Below, one piece after another: positions 1 through 8,807 of a stretch of DNA of 64,000 nucleotides. Each line of letters starts with the position of its first letter. Position 1 is the stretch's first letter. Both the position numbers and the translations under genes were made by a program. This DNA comes from Oscillospiraceae bacterium. GTDB lineage: Bacteria > Bacillota > Clostridia > Oscillospirales > UBA929. The notes under the pieces were generated by a model. It was not told where the DNA came from and did not search any database. It worked only from the letters and a program-made list of their open reading frames with translations. The stretch is from positions 1,711 to 65,710 of the forward strand of contig WRJE01000003.1 of NCBI GenBank assembly GCA_009782385.1, in the 5' to 3' direction.

Positions 1-799
1 CAGATTCTTCTCCGGTGAACTGCGCGTGTTCGCGGATATTTCCGTGTTCATGGCGGGCGGTTGTGTCGATTATAACACTGCGGTAAAGGTGTGCGCTCGG
101 CAGGGCAACGAACGACAGACGTTCGTTTATCCATTTAACCTCACCGTTTTTGTTCAGTATGCGGTACTCGTGCCAAAAATCTACATTCTGAGACTGTTCA
201 AGCAGGGGTTTGCGGCAATCCCAGTAGTCGTCAATATCATCGGGGTGTACATTATTAGCCCAGTCGTTCATGTGAGCCAGTCGGTTATGCTTGAGACCCA
301 AATATCTGATGTTGTCGGAAACAAAGTCAAGCTCCAAGGTGTCGGCATCCCACATCGCAACGACAAAAGAGTTGAAGTCCATGGTTTCGGACAGGGCGCG
401 GAAACGCGCTTTGCTCGCGGCGAGTTCATCGGTCAGCGCGACAACATCGCCGATGTCCTCTAATGTGCCGACAAGTCCGATAAGATTGCCTTCCTCATCG
501 TGCAGAGGTCTGCGCGACACGCGCTGCCACTTTGAATAGTTTTTGTTTTCCAGACTGAAAGGGTAGATTTCGGAGTTGGGCTGATGTGTTTCAAAAAGCA
601 GCTTGTCGAGGTGTACGGCCCATTGCGCGGACGATTTGGGCAGTATCTCGAAAGTTTTTTTGCCTATGACATCGGCGGGCGATTTGTTGCCTGTAAACTT
701 GGCAAACGCATCGCTGCAATTTATATATACGCCGTCTAAATCTTTAATAAATACCATGCCGGGGAAAGCGTCGATAATCTGCCGCAGAAAATTGTCCAT
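1..799 (-). CDS. PAS-domain signalling protein, N-terminal part (C-terminus lies beyond window edge)
   Basis: Absent from the ORF track because it runs off the edge. My minus-strand translation from the ATG at 799-797 (SD AGAGGTGA upstream) reads MDNFLRQIIDAFPGMVFIKDLDGVYINCSDAFAKFTG...HPDDIDDYW...WHEYRILNKNGEVKWINER. That gives two PAS-like repeats, and the frame stays open to position 1. Confidence 0.6.
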   Translation of the reverse strand, partial: MDNFLRQIIDAFPGMVFIKDLDGVYINCSDAFAKFTGNKSPADVIGKKTFEILPKSSAQWAVHLDKLLFETHQPNSEIYPFSLENKNYSKWQRVSRRPLHDEEGNLIGLVGTLEDIGDVVALTDELAASKARFRALSETMDFNSFVVAMWDADTLELDFVSDNIRYLGLKHNRLAHMNDWANNVHPDDIDDYWDCRKPLLEQSQNVDFWHEYRILNKNGEVKWINERLSFVALPSAHLYRSVIIDTTARHEHGNIREHAQFTGEES

Positions 800-854
800 G
801 CAATTCACCTCTTTTGGATATTGTACCATTTTTTAGCGAGGAAAGCAAGGGTTT

Positions 855-1286
855 TTATGTTTCGTTATTTAAGTCCAAGCGTGTGTTAGCCAATGGTTCA
901 AAGTCCCGGATTTGCCGGGCATATTCAAGTGCTTTTCGCATATCGTTTTCAGTTATTCCCAACTCATTGGGATAACGTGGCTGTACGCCATATCGGTTTA
1001 ACATATCACAAGCCCGCTCAACTTCACGAAAACGATTATCGTGTTCTATGCACATTTTGTTAAGAATAAGCAAATTGTGAATTTTGGGCGGTTCGGGAGT
1101 GCCTTTGAAAATCAAGTAGCCTTTAAGATTCTTTTCCGCTGATTGCTGACATAGAAAACAAATAATTTCAAGCGGTATCGGGCGTTTTCCTTGCAAATAC
1201 TCGGCAGAATCCAAATCCATATCGGCATACTGAAACCATTCGGAAATAAGGTCAAGCTCCATACAGTACGGCTCCTCTCTGTGCAA
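855..1286 (-). CDS. HEPN domain protein (putative toxin of a HEPN/MNT pair)
   Basis: 143-aa ORF. It has a HEPN-like helical pattern (AEKNLKGYL...RYGVQPRYP) and overlaps the upstream nucleotidyltransferase gene. The real start may be the internal ATG at 1262. Confidence 0.7.
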   Translation of the reverse strand: MHREEPYCMELDLISEWFQYADMDLDSAEYLQGKRPIPLEIICFLCQQSAEKNLKGYLIFKGTPEPPKIHNLLILNKMCIEHDNRFREVERACDMLNRYGVQPRYPNELGITENDMRKALEYARQIRDFEPLANTRLDLNNET

Positions 1287-1578
1287 TCACTCTTTCAAGT
1301 GTCGGACCGTTCTTCCTGCGATTAAATACGCTGGAACATCCCATCAACAAATCTAAATCCAAACGACCTTTGTTTTTACGGACAAGCCCAATAATATCTG
1401 CGTATAATTCGCCTAATTCCGTTGTGCCGTCCGGCACAACCACATAAATATCAATATCGCTGTCATCACGGGGAGTTCCGTAAGCGTACGAACCGAACAG
1501 GTAAATCGCTTCTGCCGAGACGGCTTGTAATACGCTTTCTTTTATTATTTTCAAATCATTATCCATTTTTGTATTCAA
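1252..1578 (-). CDS. Minimal nucleotidyltransferase (MNT) domain protein, putative antitoxin partner of HEPN
   Basis: 108 aa with the pol-beta-type motif LFGSYAYGTPRDDSDIDIYVVV (GS...DxD). Sits directly upstream of and overlapping the HEPN gene. Confidence 0.75.
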   Translation of the reverse strand: MNTKMDNDLKIIKESVLQAVSAEAIYLFGSYAYGTPRDDSDIDIYVVVPDGTTELGELYADIIGLVRKNKGRLDLDLLMGCSSVFNRRKNGPTLERVIAQRGAVLYGA

Positions 1579-1583
1579 ACGAC

Positions 1584-2501
1584 TTACCGCCCTTCATCTT
1601 CGGATTCTTCTGATTCATCGTCCTCTCCGCGTTCTCTTTCCATCGCGGGTATAATCAGTCTCTTGTGTATTATAGGATAGCTAATGAAGACGGAGGTCAA
1701 ACCAAGGAGAGAGAATCCTATTAAAGGCAGGAAGATAAGCTCGGCGGGTTCCCAAGCGAGGAATATCAGTATAAGGAAAACGCCGTTGATAACCGCCGTG
1801 AGCAAATGCCGCCACAGACCGTCAAGGGTAAGGATAAATGAGTTTCTCAGCAGGTTCATATTGCTAACCTCAACGGTTACCGCCATGAGAAACAGGGTGT
1901 TACGCATTGCGAGGTAGAAGATAAAGACGGCGACCGCCGCTCCAATCATAAAGGAAGGGATGGAAACATCGGGCTCAAACATAACGGAAATGTTGAAGAA
2001 ACCCATGGTGAACATAACGGCATCGAGGACACCAAGGAAAACCCCCTGTTTGAAATTCATACGCGCGCGCTGCCAGAAATCCGACACCCAAGCGTGTTCA
2101 TGCCGCACAAAATTCCGGAGTACATATGTCATTCCGCAGGTTGCCGGGCCGATGAGAAAGACACTGACCGCCAGAAGAACTATCAGAATAATCGGCGGCA
2201 GACGGAAAAGGAAAAGGAAAAACGTGAAAAACAGCGAATAGGTTAAGCCTTCGCCCGCGCCCGCTTCGCCGAACGGGACATTTTCAAGAAGGCGGATTAA
2301 AAGCGGCTCAAAGACAAAGGAGTGGAACGCGATTATTATCGGCAAACAAATAACGAAGTAGATAAAGTTGATTGCGACAAGTTTGCCCAGCTTGTGCCAG
2401 AGTATGTCGAGATAACGGAATAGGGCGCGTTTTTCAGGTTCGTCGGGGTCAACGCCCTTGCCCGGTTTTGTATAATCAAAGAAACCGAATATGCCTGCCA
2501 T
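1584..2501 (-). CDS. Polytopic membrane protein, DUF624/YesL-like
   Basis: 305 aa. The N-terminus FGFFDYTKPGKGV...LWHKLGKLVAINFIYF followed by several TM segments resembles the YesL family. The acidic C-tail is unusual. Confidence 0.55.
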   Translation of the reverse strand: MAGIFGFFDYTKPGKGVDPDEPEKRALFRYLDILWHKLGKLVAINFIYFVICLPIIIAFHSFVFEPLLIRLLENVPFGEAGAGEGLTYSLFFTFFLFLFRLPPIILIVLLAVSVFLIGPATCGMTYVLRNFVRHEHAWVSDFWQRARMNFKQGVFLGVLDAVMFTMGFFNISVMFEPDVSIPSFMIGAAVAVFIFYLAMRNTLFLMAVTVEVSNMNLLRNSFILTLDGLWRHLLTAVINGVFLILIFLAWEPAELIFLPLIGFSLLGLTSVFISYPIIHKRLIIPAMERERGEDDESEESEDEGR

Positions 2502-2563
2502 AAACTACCTCCTGCAAATCCAACACATTATATCACAAGTTTTTGGTTTCTACAATATTTTTC

Positions 2564-2592
2564 TTGACTATATTGAGCGGAGGATATATAAT
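2564..2592 (+). promoter_or_regulatory. Sigma-A type promoter of the rpmH operon
   Basis: TTGACT (2564-2569), a 17-nt spacer, then TATAAT (2587-2592), about 60 nt upstream of rpmH. Confidence 0.6.
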
Positions 2593-2654
2593 GCAAAGTG
2601 CTGCAATATAATTGGAGTTAATTTTACTTGTGAATATGAAAGGTGGTGTTCGAG

Positions 2655-2789
2655 TTGGTAAGGACATATCAGCCCAAGAAACGTCAGCGAGCGAAGGAAC
2701 ACGGCTTCCGCAAGCGTATGAAAACACGCAGTGGGCGCAATGTATTAGCCCGCCGCCGCGCGCGCGGACGCAAGAAGCTCTCGGCATAA
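2655..2789 (+). CDS. rpmH: 50S ribosomal protein L34 (bL34)
   Basis: Below the ORF-track size cutoff. Hand translation from TTG 2655 (SD AAAGGTGGTG upstream) gives [44 protein letters not shown], a canonical L34. The TAA stop is at 2787-2789. Confidence 0.9.
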   Translation: MVRTYQPKKRQRAKEHGFRKRMKTRSGRNVLARRRARGRKKLSA

Positions 2790-3112
2790 TGAAAGTGGAA
2801 TCGCTCAAGGAAAACCGTGATTTTAAGAGACTGTATTACAGAGGACAGTCGGTCGTGGGCGGTTGCATGGTACTTTACGTTATGCCGAACCGATTAGGCG
2901 TTAACCGCCTCGGGATTACCGCCAGCACAAAGATTGGCTGCGCGGTTAAGAGAAACCGCGCGAGGAGAAGACTGAAAGAGTGTTATCGGGCGTTGGGGCT
3001 CAGACAAGGTCTGGACATTGTCGTTGTTGCGCGTGCTCGCGCTGTTACAGCCCCCTTTACCGCGATTGAAAAAGAGATGCGGTCATTATTTTATAAGCTG
3101 AAAATGTTATGA
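2789..3112 (+). CDS. rnpA: Ribonuclease P protein component
   Basis: [21 protein letters not shown]...[13 protein letters not shown]. The ATG at 2789 overlaps the rpmH stop, and the rpmH-rnpA order is conserved. The ORF-track 2612 start is an in-frame upstream artefact. Confidence 0.9.
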   Translation: MKVESLKENRDFKRLYYRGQSVVGGCMVLYVMPNRLGVNRLGITASTKIGCAVKRNRARRRLKECYRALGLRQGLDIVVVARARAVTAPFTAIEKEMRSLFYKLKML

Positions 3113-3119
3113 AGAAATT

Positions 3120-3359
3120 ATGAAAAGATTTGTGATATGGCTTATAAAGGGTTACAGGAAAAATGTTTCGCCCGCTTTTCCGCCGAGCTGCCGTTTTATT
3201 CCCACTTGTTCCGCCTATGCTCTTGAGGCTGTTGAAACACACGGGGCTTTTCGCGGCGGGATTTTGGCACTGTACAGATTCTTGCGCTGCAACCCTTTCG
3301 CGCGACCCGGGTATGACCCCGTGCCGCCGAGAAGGGTAAAACACAAAGGAGATTTTTAA
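3120..3359 (+). CDS. yidD: Membrane protein insertion efficiency factor YidD
   Basis: 79 aa with the YidD signature [19 protein letters not shown]...RCNPF. Confidence 0.9.
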   Translation: MKRFVIWLIKGYRKNVSPAFPPSCRFIPTCSAYALEAVETHGAFRGGILALYRFLRCNPFARPGYDPVPPRRVKHKGDF

Positions 3360-4373
3360 TTGGGACAGTTACTGGATTATTTAATTTACGGTCCGTTTTC
3401 ATGGCTGCTTGTCACGATGTACGATTTGACGCGCAATTACGCGGTGGCAATAATGCTGTTCGCGCTTGTAACAAAAATTGTTTTACTGTATTTCTCAGGT
3501 AAAGGTAAACTCAGTATGCTGCGACAGCAGCGTTTGCAGCCCAAAATTCAGGCGTTGCAGAAGCAATACCCGAAAGATAAGGAAAAACTTAACGCCGAGA
3601 CGATGAAGCTGTATCAAGCCGAGGGTGTGTCGCCGATGGGCGGCTGCCTGTGGATGCTTCTGCCGTTCCCGGTGCTTATCATGCTTTATCAGGTTGTGCG
3701 CCAGCCGTTAACACGCCTTATGAACTTGCCGTTGACGGTGGATGTAAATGGAGTTAACACAAAAATTACTGACTTTTTATCGAATCTATTCAGCAGCAAC
3801 GGGATTGAAGTGCCGGCTTTGAGCGCGGCGTTTGAAGAAATGCAGTTCGCGCAAATAGTACATGACAATTTTGATTTAGTGCAGAACGCTCTTGGAGAGA
3901 GTATTAGAAACATAAACTTTAATACATTCGGGTTAAACCTTACGCTTGTACCCAGCTTACCGTGGAACGGTTTTAGCTGGTTGTTTATTATTCCGATTAT
4001 TTCGGCCACCACGGCTTACATCCAATTCTATGTTACAAGCAAGATGTCGAAAGTACCGCAGACCAAACAATCCGCTTACATGGGATTTCTGGGACCCGGC
4101 ATATCGCTGTGGTTCGGGTACACAATGCCGGCGGTTATGAGCGTTTACTGGATTGCAAACAACCTTTTCGGCATGATTCAAGATGTTTTTCTGACAAAGC
4201 ATTATAATAAGGTGTTGGACGAGGCGGAAGCCAAAAGAGCGGAGCTTGAAGCGCGGCGCAAAGCCGCCGAGGCAAAACAGAAAGAAGAGGACAGACAGCG
4301 CAGGGCGGAAAAAATGGAGCAGAAGCATAAGAACGCGAAGAAGTATAAAATGACAAAGGGTCCGAAAAAGTAA
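3360..4373 (+). CDS. yidC: Membrane protein insertase YidC/Oxa1 family
   Basis: 337 aa with multiple TM segments and a basic K/R/E-rich C-tail. Position after rnpA-yidD fits. TTG start. Confidence 0.85.
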   Translation: MGQLLDYLIYGPFSWLLVTMYDLTRNYAVAIMLFALVTKIVLLYFSGKGKLSMLRQQRLQPKIQALQKQYPKDKEKLNAETMKLYQAEGVSPMGGCLWMLLPFPVLIMLYQVVRQPLTRLMNLPLTVDVNGVNTKITDFLSNLFSSNGIEVPALSAAFEEMQFAQIVHDNFDLVQNALGESIRNINFNTFGLNLTLVPSLPWNGFSWLFIIPIISATTAYIQFYVTSKMSKVPQTKQSAYMGFLGPGISLWFGYTMPAVMSVYWIANNLFGMIQDVFLTKHYNKVLDEAEAKRAELEARRKAAEAKQKEEDRQRRAEKMEQKHKNAKKYKMTKGPKK

Positions 4374-4385
4374 GGAGAATAAAAA

Positions 4386-5489
4386 ATGCCAACAAACATA
4401 GAGTCATCGGGCAAGACGCTTGATGAAGCAATACGCTCGGGATTGTCGGTACTCGGCGTTGAGCGCGAGGCCGTAACAGTTGAGATACTGAGCAAACCCA
4501 AGACAGGGTTTTTTGGAATCGGCACTACGCCGGCAAAGGTTAAACTGACGCTTGCCGTACCGGAAAAACCTTCGGCAAAGAGGTCTGATTTTGACAAGGT
4601 AAATAATTCCAACACGAGGACAGGCGGGACACCGAGGGCATCGTCCCCTACGAACAAGGTTGAAAAAAGACCCGCGAGCAATACCGCCGCCGCCCCTCAA
4701 AAAGAGTGGAACAAACAGTCTGAGAGGTTATCGCCGCCCGTTAACAAAGAGAGAACACGACGCGAGCATACCAGACGACCGACCGCTCCGGCTCTGGAAG
4801 CAGACCGCGCGAAAGCGCAGGAGTTTATTGACGGACTGCTGAAATGTATTGATATGGGCTTGACAGCGGTGACGGAGATAAAAGATGATATTGTTGCCAT
4901 CGGCATTGAGGGCGATAATGTCGGAAATCTGATTGGCAGGCACGGAGAGACACTGGACGCGGTTCAGCACATTGTCACTAACGCGGTTAACCTTAAAAGG
5001 GATGGAGACCCCGTGCGTATTCAGGTAGATGCCGCCGATTACCGGGGCAAACGTCAGGCGGCTCTTGAGCAGCTGGCGCGGCGCATGGCGGATAACGCGA
5101 AGAGATATAACTCCAATATGACGCTTGAACCTATGAACGCATATGAGCGGCACGTTATTCATGTTACGCTTCAAGATATGCCGGGAATAACCACGTTTTC
5201 TACAGGAACTGACCCGCAGAGACGGGTTGTCATATCCTCGGTGAACGCGCGAAGAGGGCGCAATGACAGGGGAGTTCCGCGCGGGGGGAACAGAAGCAAC
5301 AGCCCGGGCGACAGAACAAACCGTGACGGATACCGCAAGCCATACGACAATCAAGGGCATACGAACAACCCAAGACCCGCCGCGTTCAAGGCAGAAGAAA
5401 AGCCCGCGACCGCGATGACACCACCGCCGCCAACGGCGGAGCAGCCGCGCTCCTTACCGGTTAAGGAGTTCGGGGTAAAGAAACAGTAG
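4386..5489 (+). CDS. jag: Jag/KhpB RNA-binding protein (Jag_N + KH + R3H) with long disordered insertions
   Basis: N-terminus GKTLDEAIRSGLSVLGV (Jag_N), a KH-like GDNVGNLIGRHGETLDAVQ, and R3H-like MTLEPMNAYERHVIH. Follows yidC as expected. Confidence 0.85.
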   Translation: MPTNIESSGKTLDEAIRSGLSVLGVEREAVTVEILSKPKTGFFGIGTTPAKVKLTLAVPEKPSAKRSDFDKVNNSNTRTGGTPRASSPTNKVEKRPASNTAAAPQKEWNKQSERLSPPVNKERTRREHTRRPTAPALEADRAKAQEFIDGLLKCIDMGLTAVTEIKDDIVAIGIEGDNVGNLIGRHGETLDAVQHIVTNAVNLKRDGDPVRIQVDAADYRGKRQAALEQLARRMADNAKRYNSNMTLEPMNAYERHVIHVTLQDMPGITTFSTGTDPQRRVVISSVNARRGRNDRGVPRGGNRSNSPGDRTNRDGYRKPYDNQGHTNNPRPAAFKAEEKPATAMTPPPPTAEQPRSLPVKEFGVKKQ

Positions 5490-5495
5490 TTTTTG

Positions 5496-5517
5496 AGGAC
5501 GGCGGGAACGCCGTCCT
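5496..5517 (+). terminator. Hairpin terminator after jag
   Basis: AGGACGGCG-GGAA-CGCCGTCCT followed by TTTAGATT, 7 nt after the jag stop. Confidence 0.6.
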
Positions 5518-5607
5518 TTAGATTGCCATAAACAGTCTTCCAAATTGCTAAAAGAATCCATTGACAAATGTAATACAATGTGTTAAGCTCGATATGAGGT
5601 GAGAACT

Positions 5608-5832
5608 ATGGTTTCACAAGTAGCAAAGTGGGGCAACAGTCAAGGGATACGCATGGAAAAACGGTTATTACAGAGCTTGGGCTTATACATTGGCGACATG
5701 GTGGAAATTTCTAAAAAAGGTGAGGAAATAATTATAAAGCCCGCACACGGTATTGACTGGTTTCTTCAAGACTACGAAAGACCCGATGACGGTTGGGAAC
5801 ACATTACCCCGAAAGGGCGGGAAGTATGGTAA
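5608..5832 (+). CDS. mazE: MazE/AbrB-type antitoxin (SpoVT-AbrB domain)
   Basis: MVSQVAKWGNSQGIRMEKRLLQSLGL.GDMVEI. This is a swapped-hairpin AbrB motif. SD GAGGTGA precedes the ATG at 5608, and the stop overlaps the mazF start. Confidence 0.8.
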   Translation: MVSQVAKWGNSQGIRMEKRLLQSLGLYIGDMVEISKKGEEIIIKPAHGIDWFLQDYERPDDGWEHITPKGREVW

Positions 5833-6158
5833 ATCAAGGAGATATAATCTCTGTCAATTTTGCTCCTACAAAAGGTCGGGAGCAAACCGGAGAACGCCCC
5901 GCGCTTGTAATCAGCAATACAAAATACAATATTCAAAGCGGCTTTGTTTTAGCGTGTCCGATAACAGGCACAGTAAGAGCTATGAAGATTCGAGTTCCTC
6001 TCGATGAGCGAACAAAAACACAGGGCGATATACTCTGTGAGCAGGTTCGCATAATTGATTTGAGGGAGCGGACACATCGTGTAATCGAATCTGTGCCGCC
6101 GGATATACTCCAAGCCGTGTACAAAGTGGTAAACACCTTGATTGTACCATCTGTTTGA
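5826..6158 (+). CDS. mazF: MazF/PemK family endoribonuclease toxin
   Basis: MVNQGDIISVNFAPTKGREQTGERPALVISN...CEQVRIIDL is a typical PemK/MazF pattern. The ATG at 5826 overlaps the mazE stop (ATGGTAA). Confidence 0.85.
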   Translation: MVNQGDIISVNFAPTKGREQTGERPALVISNTKYNIQSGFVLACPITGTVRAMKIRVPLDERTKTQGDILCEQVRIIDLRERTHRVIESVPPDILQAVYKVVNTLIVPSV

Positions 6159-6234
6159 TACAGTTTTTCGGTCATGCCGTCAACAACACAGCAAAAGTCA
6201 AGGTTCGCTGGTGGCGATAGGAGGAGAAAGCGTT

Positions 6235-7050
6235 TTGGTTTTAATATCGGACACAAATGATTTTTCGCCCGCGCTGATGTTTGAGTGCGGGCAGTGTTTT
6301 AGATTCACGCAAACAGGAGACGGAGTATACAGAGGCGCGGCGTTTGGGCGTGTGCTGACGGTTAGCGATACGCCGGAGGGTGTTACTCTTGACTGTTCCC
6401 AAGATGATTTTGATAATATCTGGAAAAATTTCTTTGACCTCGGGTTGGATTACGCCGATGTGAGGGGAAAGATAACCACTGACGAATTTATGGAGAAAGC
6501 CGTGGAGTTCGGACGGGGCATAAGGATTCTTAGGCAGGATTTTTGGGAGGCTCTCTGCTCGTTTATTATTTCCCAGTGCAACAACATACCGCGCATACGC
6601 GGGGTAATTGAGCGGTTATGCGCGGCGTTCGGTGAGCCGATTGGACAGGGCTATCACGCTTTTCCCGCTCCCGTGACAGTCGCGGAATTGAGCGTTCAAG
6701 ATTTGCGCGGAATCGGCGCGGGATACCGCGCGGAGTATATTCTGAATGCCGCGATGGCGGTCAGAGATGGTGCGTTGACCGAAGAAGAGTTGTCGGGATT
6801 GAGTTTTGCGGACGCGAAGAAAAAGCTGACCGCTATGCACGGAATCGGAGACAAGGTGGCGCATTGCGTTTTGCTGTACGGTCTGCACAGGCTTGACGCG
6901 TTTCCCGAGGATGTGTGGATTAAGCGCGCCTTGAAAGAGCATTTTCCGCAGGAGTTTGATCCGGCGGTGTTCGGGGAGTACGCGGGAATAGCGCAGCAAT
7001 ATATATTTCATTACACAAGAATGCTTGGTAGAGAAATGAATAAAGTTTAA
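6235..7050 (+). CDS. ogg: 8-oxoguanine DNA glycosylase / HhH-GPD family DNA glycosylase (Ogg-like)
   Basis: HhH-GPD elements: WEALCSFIISQCNNIPRI, LTAMHGIGDKVAHCVLLYG, DAFPEDVW. The start is placed at TTG 6235, behind AGGAGGA (6219-6225). The ORF-track start at 6142 overlaps mazF and lacks an SD. Confidence 0.7.
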   Translation: MVLISDTNDFSPALMFECGQCFRFTQTGDGVYRGAAFGRVLTVSDTPEGVTLDCSQDDFDNIWKNFFDLGLDYADVRGKITTDEFMEKAVEFGRGIRILRQDFWEALCSFIISQCNNIPRIRGVIERLCAAFGEPIGQGYHAFPAPVTVAELSVQDLRGIGAGYRAEYILNAAMAVRDGALTEEELSGLSFADAKKKLTAMHGIGDKVAHCVLLYGLHRLDAFPEDVWIKRALKEHFPQEFDPAVFGEYAGIAQQYIFHYTRMLGREMNKV

Positions 7051-7099
7051 CCGCGTGGGAAAGAATACCAGTAAACCCAAATAACGGAGATGATAGACA

Positions 7100-7375
7100 T
7101 TGGTAAAAGGTATTTCTAAACGTGTGGTTGTGGTGCGCTTTCCCGACACGAGAGTGTTCGAGCAGGCGATTTTTATAGTGCGCGAAGATGAGAAGTATTC
7201 CGCTGTTTCGTCGGATAAAATTGTGGACGAAGCGTGCCGCGTTGCGGAGAGCTATGTGCAGAAGAAAGGAGCGCGGGGTCTCAGGCGGCTTTCGCCGCTC
7301 GCGTTCCTGATGGCAGGCGCGGGGGGCGTTGGGGTCATTTGGGGGCTGACGTGGCTGATGGGGTTGATTAGGTGA
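7100..7375 (+). CDS. Small hypothetical protein with C-terminal TM helix
   Basis: 91-aa ORF with a TTG start and a C-terminal hydrophobic segment (LAFLMAGAGGVGVIWGLTWLMGLI). I can name no family. Confidence 0.5.
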   Translation: MVKGISKRVVVVRFPDTRVFEQAIFIVREDEKYSAVSSDKIVDEACRVAESYVQKKGARGLRRLSPLAFLMAGAGGVGVIWGLTWLMGLIR

Positions 7376-7440
7376 TGTAGGGTCCTCTGCGACCCGTGTA
7401 TATAAAAAAACGCGGACGGTCGAGGGCGACCGTCCATACA
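7376..7440. terminator. Two back-to-back hairpins between convergent genes (members of the TGTAGGG-hairpin family)
   Basis: The plus-strand hairpin TGTAGGGTC-CTCTGC-GACCC (7376-7395) sits right after the stop at 7375. GGACGGTCG-AGGG-CGACCGTCC-ATACA (7414-7440) reads on the minus strand as TGTAT+hairpin, right after the stop of the 7443 gene. Confidence 0.6.
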
Positions 7441-7442
7441 TA

Positions 7443-8807
7443 TTACCGCAAATCCAAGGTCACATCGTTGTCATTCGGCGGAAGGTCGGCCCACAGTCCG
7501 TCTAGTACATATTGCTGAACCATCAGAACAACGCGCCCCCACAGTCCCAACCGGCTCTTGTCCAGTCCGGGATTCTTTGACGGGTCTTCATCGCCGTAGT
7601 AGTGTGCGACAAATCCATCGCCCACCGCGTTGGCGATAATTTCAGAATCCTTGTCGCTGACTTTGAATTTTTTCAGCGTTGAAAACGCCTCGAGATACAC
7701 CGTCTTTTTAACAAATGCTTCGGCATCATCGGCAAAGCTCGTACCCGGGCGTAAACGGTAGATTATTTTGTCGGAATTTATTGCAAGACTGCCATTGTTC
7801 AATTCACAGTAGCGTATGGGGCAGGGGTGCGTTACGAGCGAGCCTGTTTCAATGTCATATATGTAACCGCCATCGCCAAAGTCAGCGCGTGTTATGTCCT
7901 GCGCGTGGTAATGCCCGGTAAAGACGGCGCGGACGTTATATGACGCGAGCATTTTGCCGATATGTTTATAATCTTCGACAAGATACTGGGGGTGGAGCTT
8001 GCGCTGCCCGTCCCAGTGTTCGACAACGCCGTGGTGTGACAGGGCAATGACCGCCGCGCCTGATTTATGAGCGTTTGTGAGGACTTCGGCAATCCAGCGC
8101 ATGGTGGATTCTTTGAGACGGCCGCCCGTTACCGCGTGGTGGTCGGGTTCGTTTTCGTCATGGCGGCAGAAGTCGAGCCCCAGTATCAGCAGACCGGGCG
8201 CGGCTTCGGTTATGTAACTCAGAGAATCTTTATCGCGGGAGATAGCTCTGCCGTAACCCATTTCGGCGTAAATTTCCGCGAAATCGGTATTTTGGACAGT
8301 TTCGACAGGATAGGTGGAATCGCCGTTATAACCCTCGGACAGAGGGTTGTTTACGTCGTGGTTGCCGGGGACGACAAACACTTTAATACCCGCGTCTGTC
8401 AGTTTTTTTAGCTCGGCGGCGGCTTTGTCATGGTTGATACGCTCGCCGTCTTTTGTGATGTCGCCCGGTATAAGCACAAAATCCACACCCGAATCAAGCA
8501 GTTCGTTAATCGCAAAATTCAGAAGCTCGCCGCTCTCCGGCAGGAGCTTGCGGTCGGAGAGCATGACGCTCTCGAACGCCGACCCGTCAATGCCAAGGCT
8601 GTGGTCGTAATAGTGCAGGTCGCTGATGACAGCGAAGTTCACATTCGGATACTGCGCTTTGGGGCTTGAATCCGCGCTGTAAATGTAATCAAGTTTGGGG
8701 CGGCTGTCCAAGTAGTTGTTTGTCAGGATATACGCGGGAACTGCGATTGCCGCGAGCAGCAAAACAGCAAGGAAGATTTTGCGCCCGGTACGTTTCTTTT
8801 TTCTCAT
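7443..8807 (-). CDS. Membrane-anchored metallophosphoesterase (calcineurin-like)
   Basis: 454 aa with an N-terminal TM. Phosphoesterase motifs are present: VISDLH, PGDITKDG, GNHD, SHHG, GHYH. Confidence 0.8.
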   Translation of the reverse strand: MRKKKRTGRKIFLAVLLLAAIAVPAYILTNNYLDSRPKLDYIYSADSSPKAQYPNVNFAVISDLHYYDHSLGIDGSAFESVMLSDRKLLPESGELLNFAINELLDSGVDFVLIPGDITKDGERINHDKAAAELKKLTDAGIKVFVVPGNHDVNNPLSEGYNGDSTYPVETVQNTDFAEIYAEMGYGRAISRDKDSLSYITEAAPGLLILGLDFCRHDENEPDHHAVTGGRLKESTMRWIAEVLTNAHKSGAAVIALSHHGVVEHWDGQRKLHPQYLVEDYKHIGKMLASYNVRAVFTGHYHAQDITRADFGDGGYIYDIETGSLVTHPCPIRYCELNNGSLAINSDKIIYRLRPGTSFADDAEAFVKKTVYLEAFSTLKKFKVSDKDSEIIANAVGDGFVAHYYGDEDPSKNPGLDKSRLGLWGRVVLMVQQYVLDGLWADLPPNDNDVTLDLR

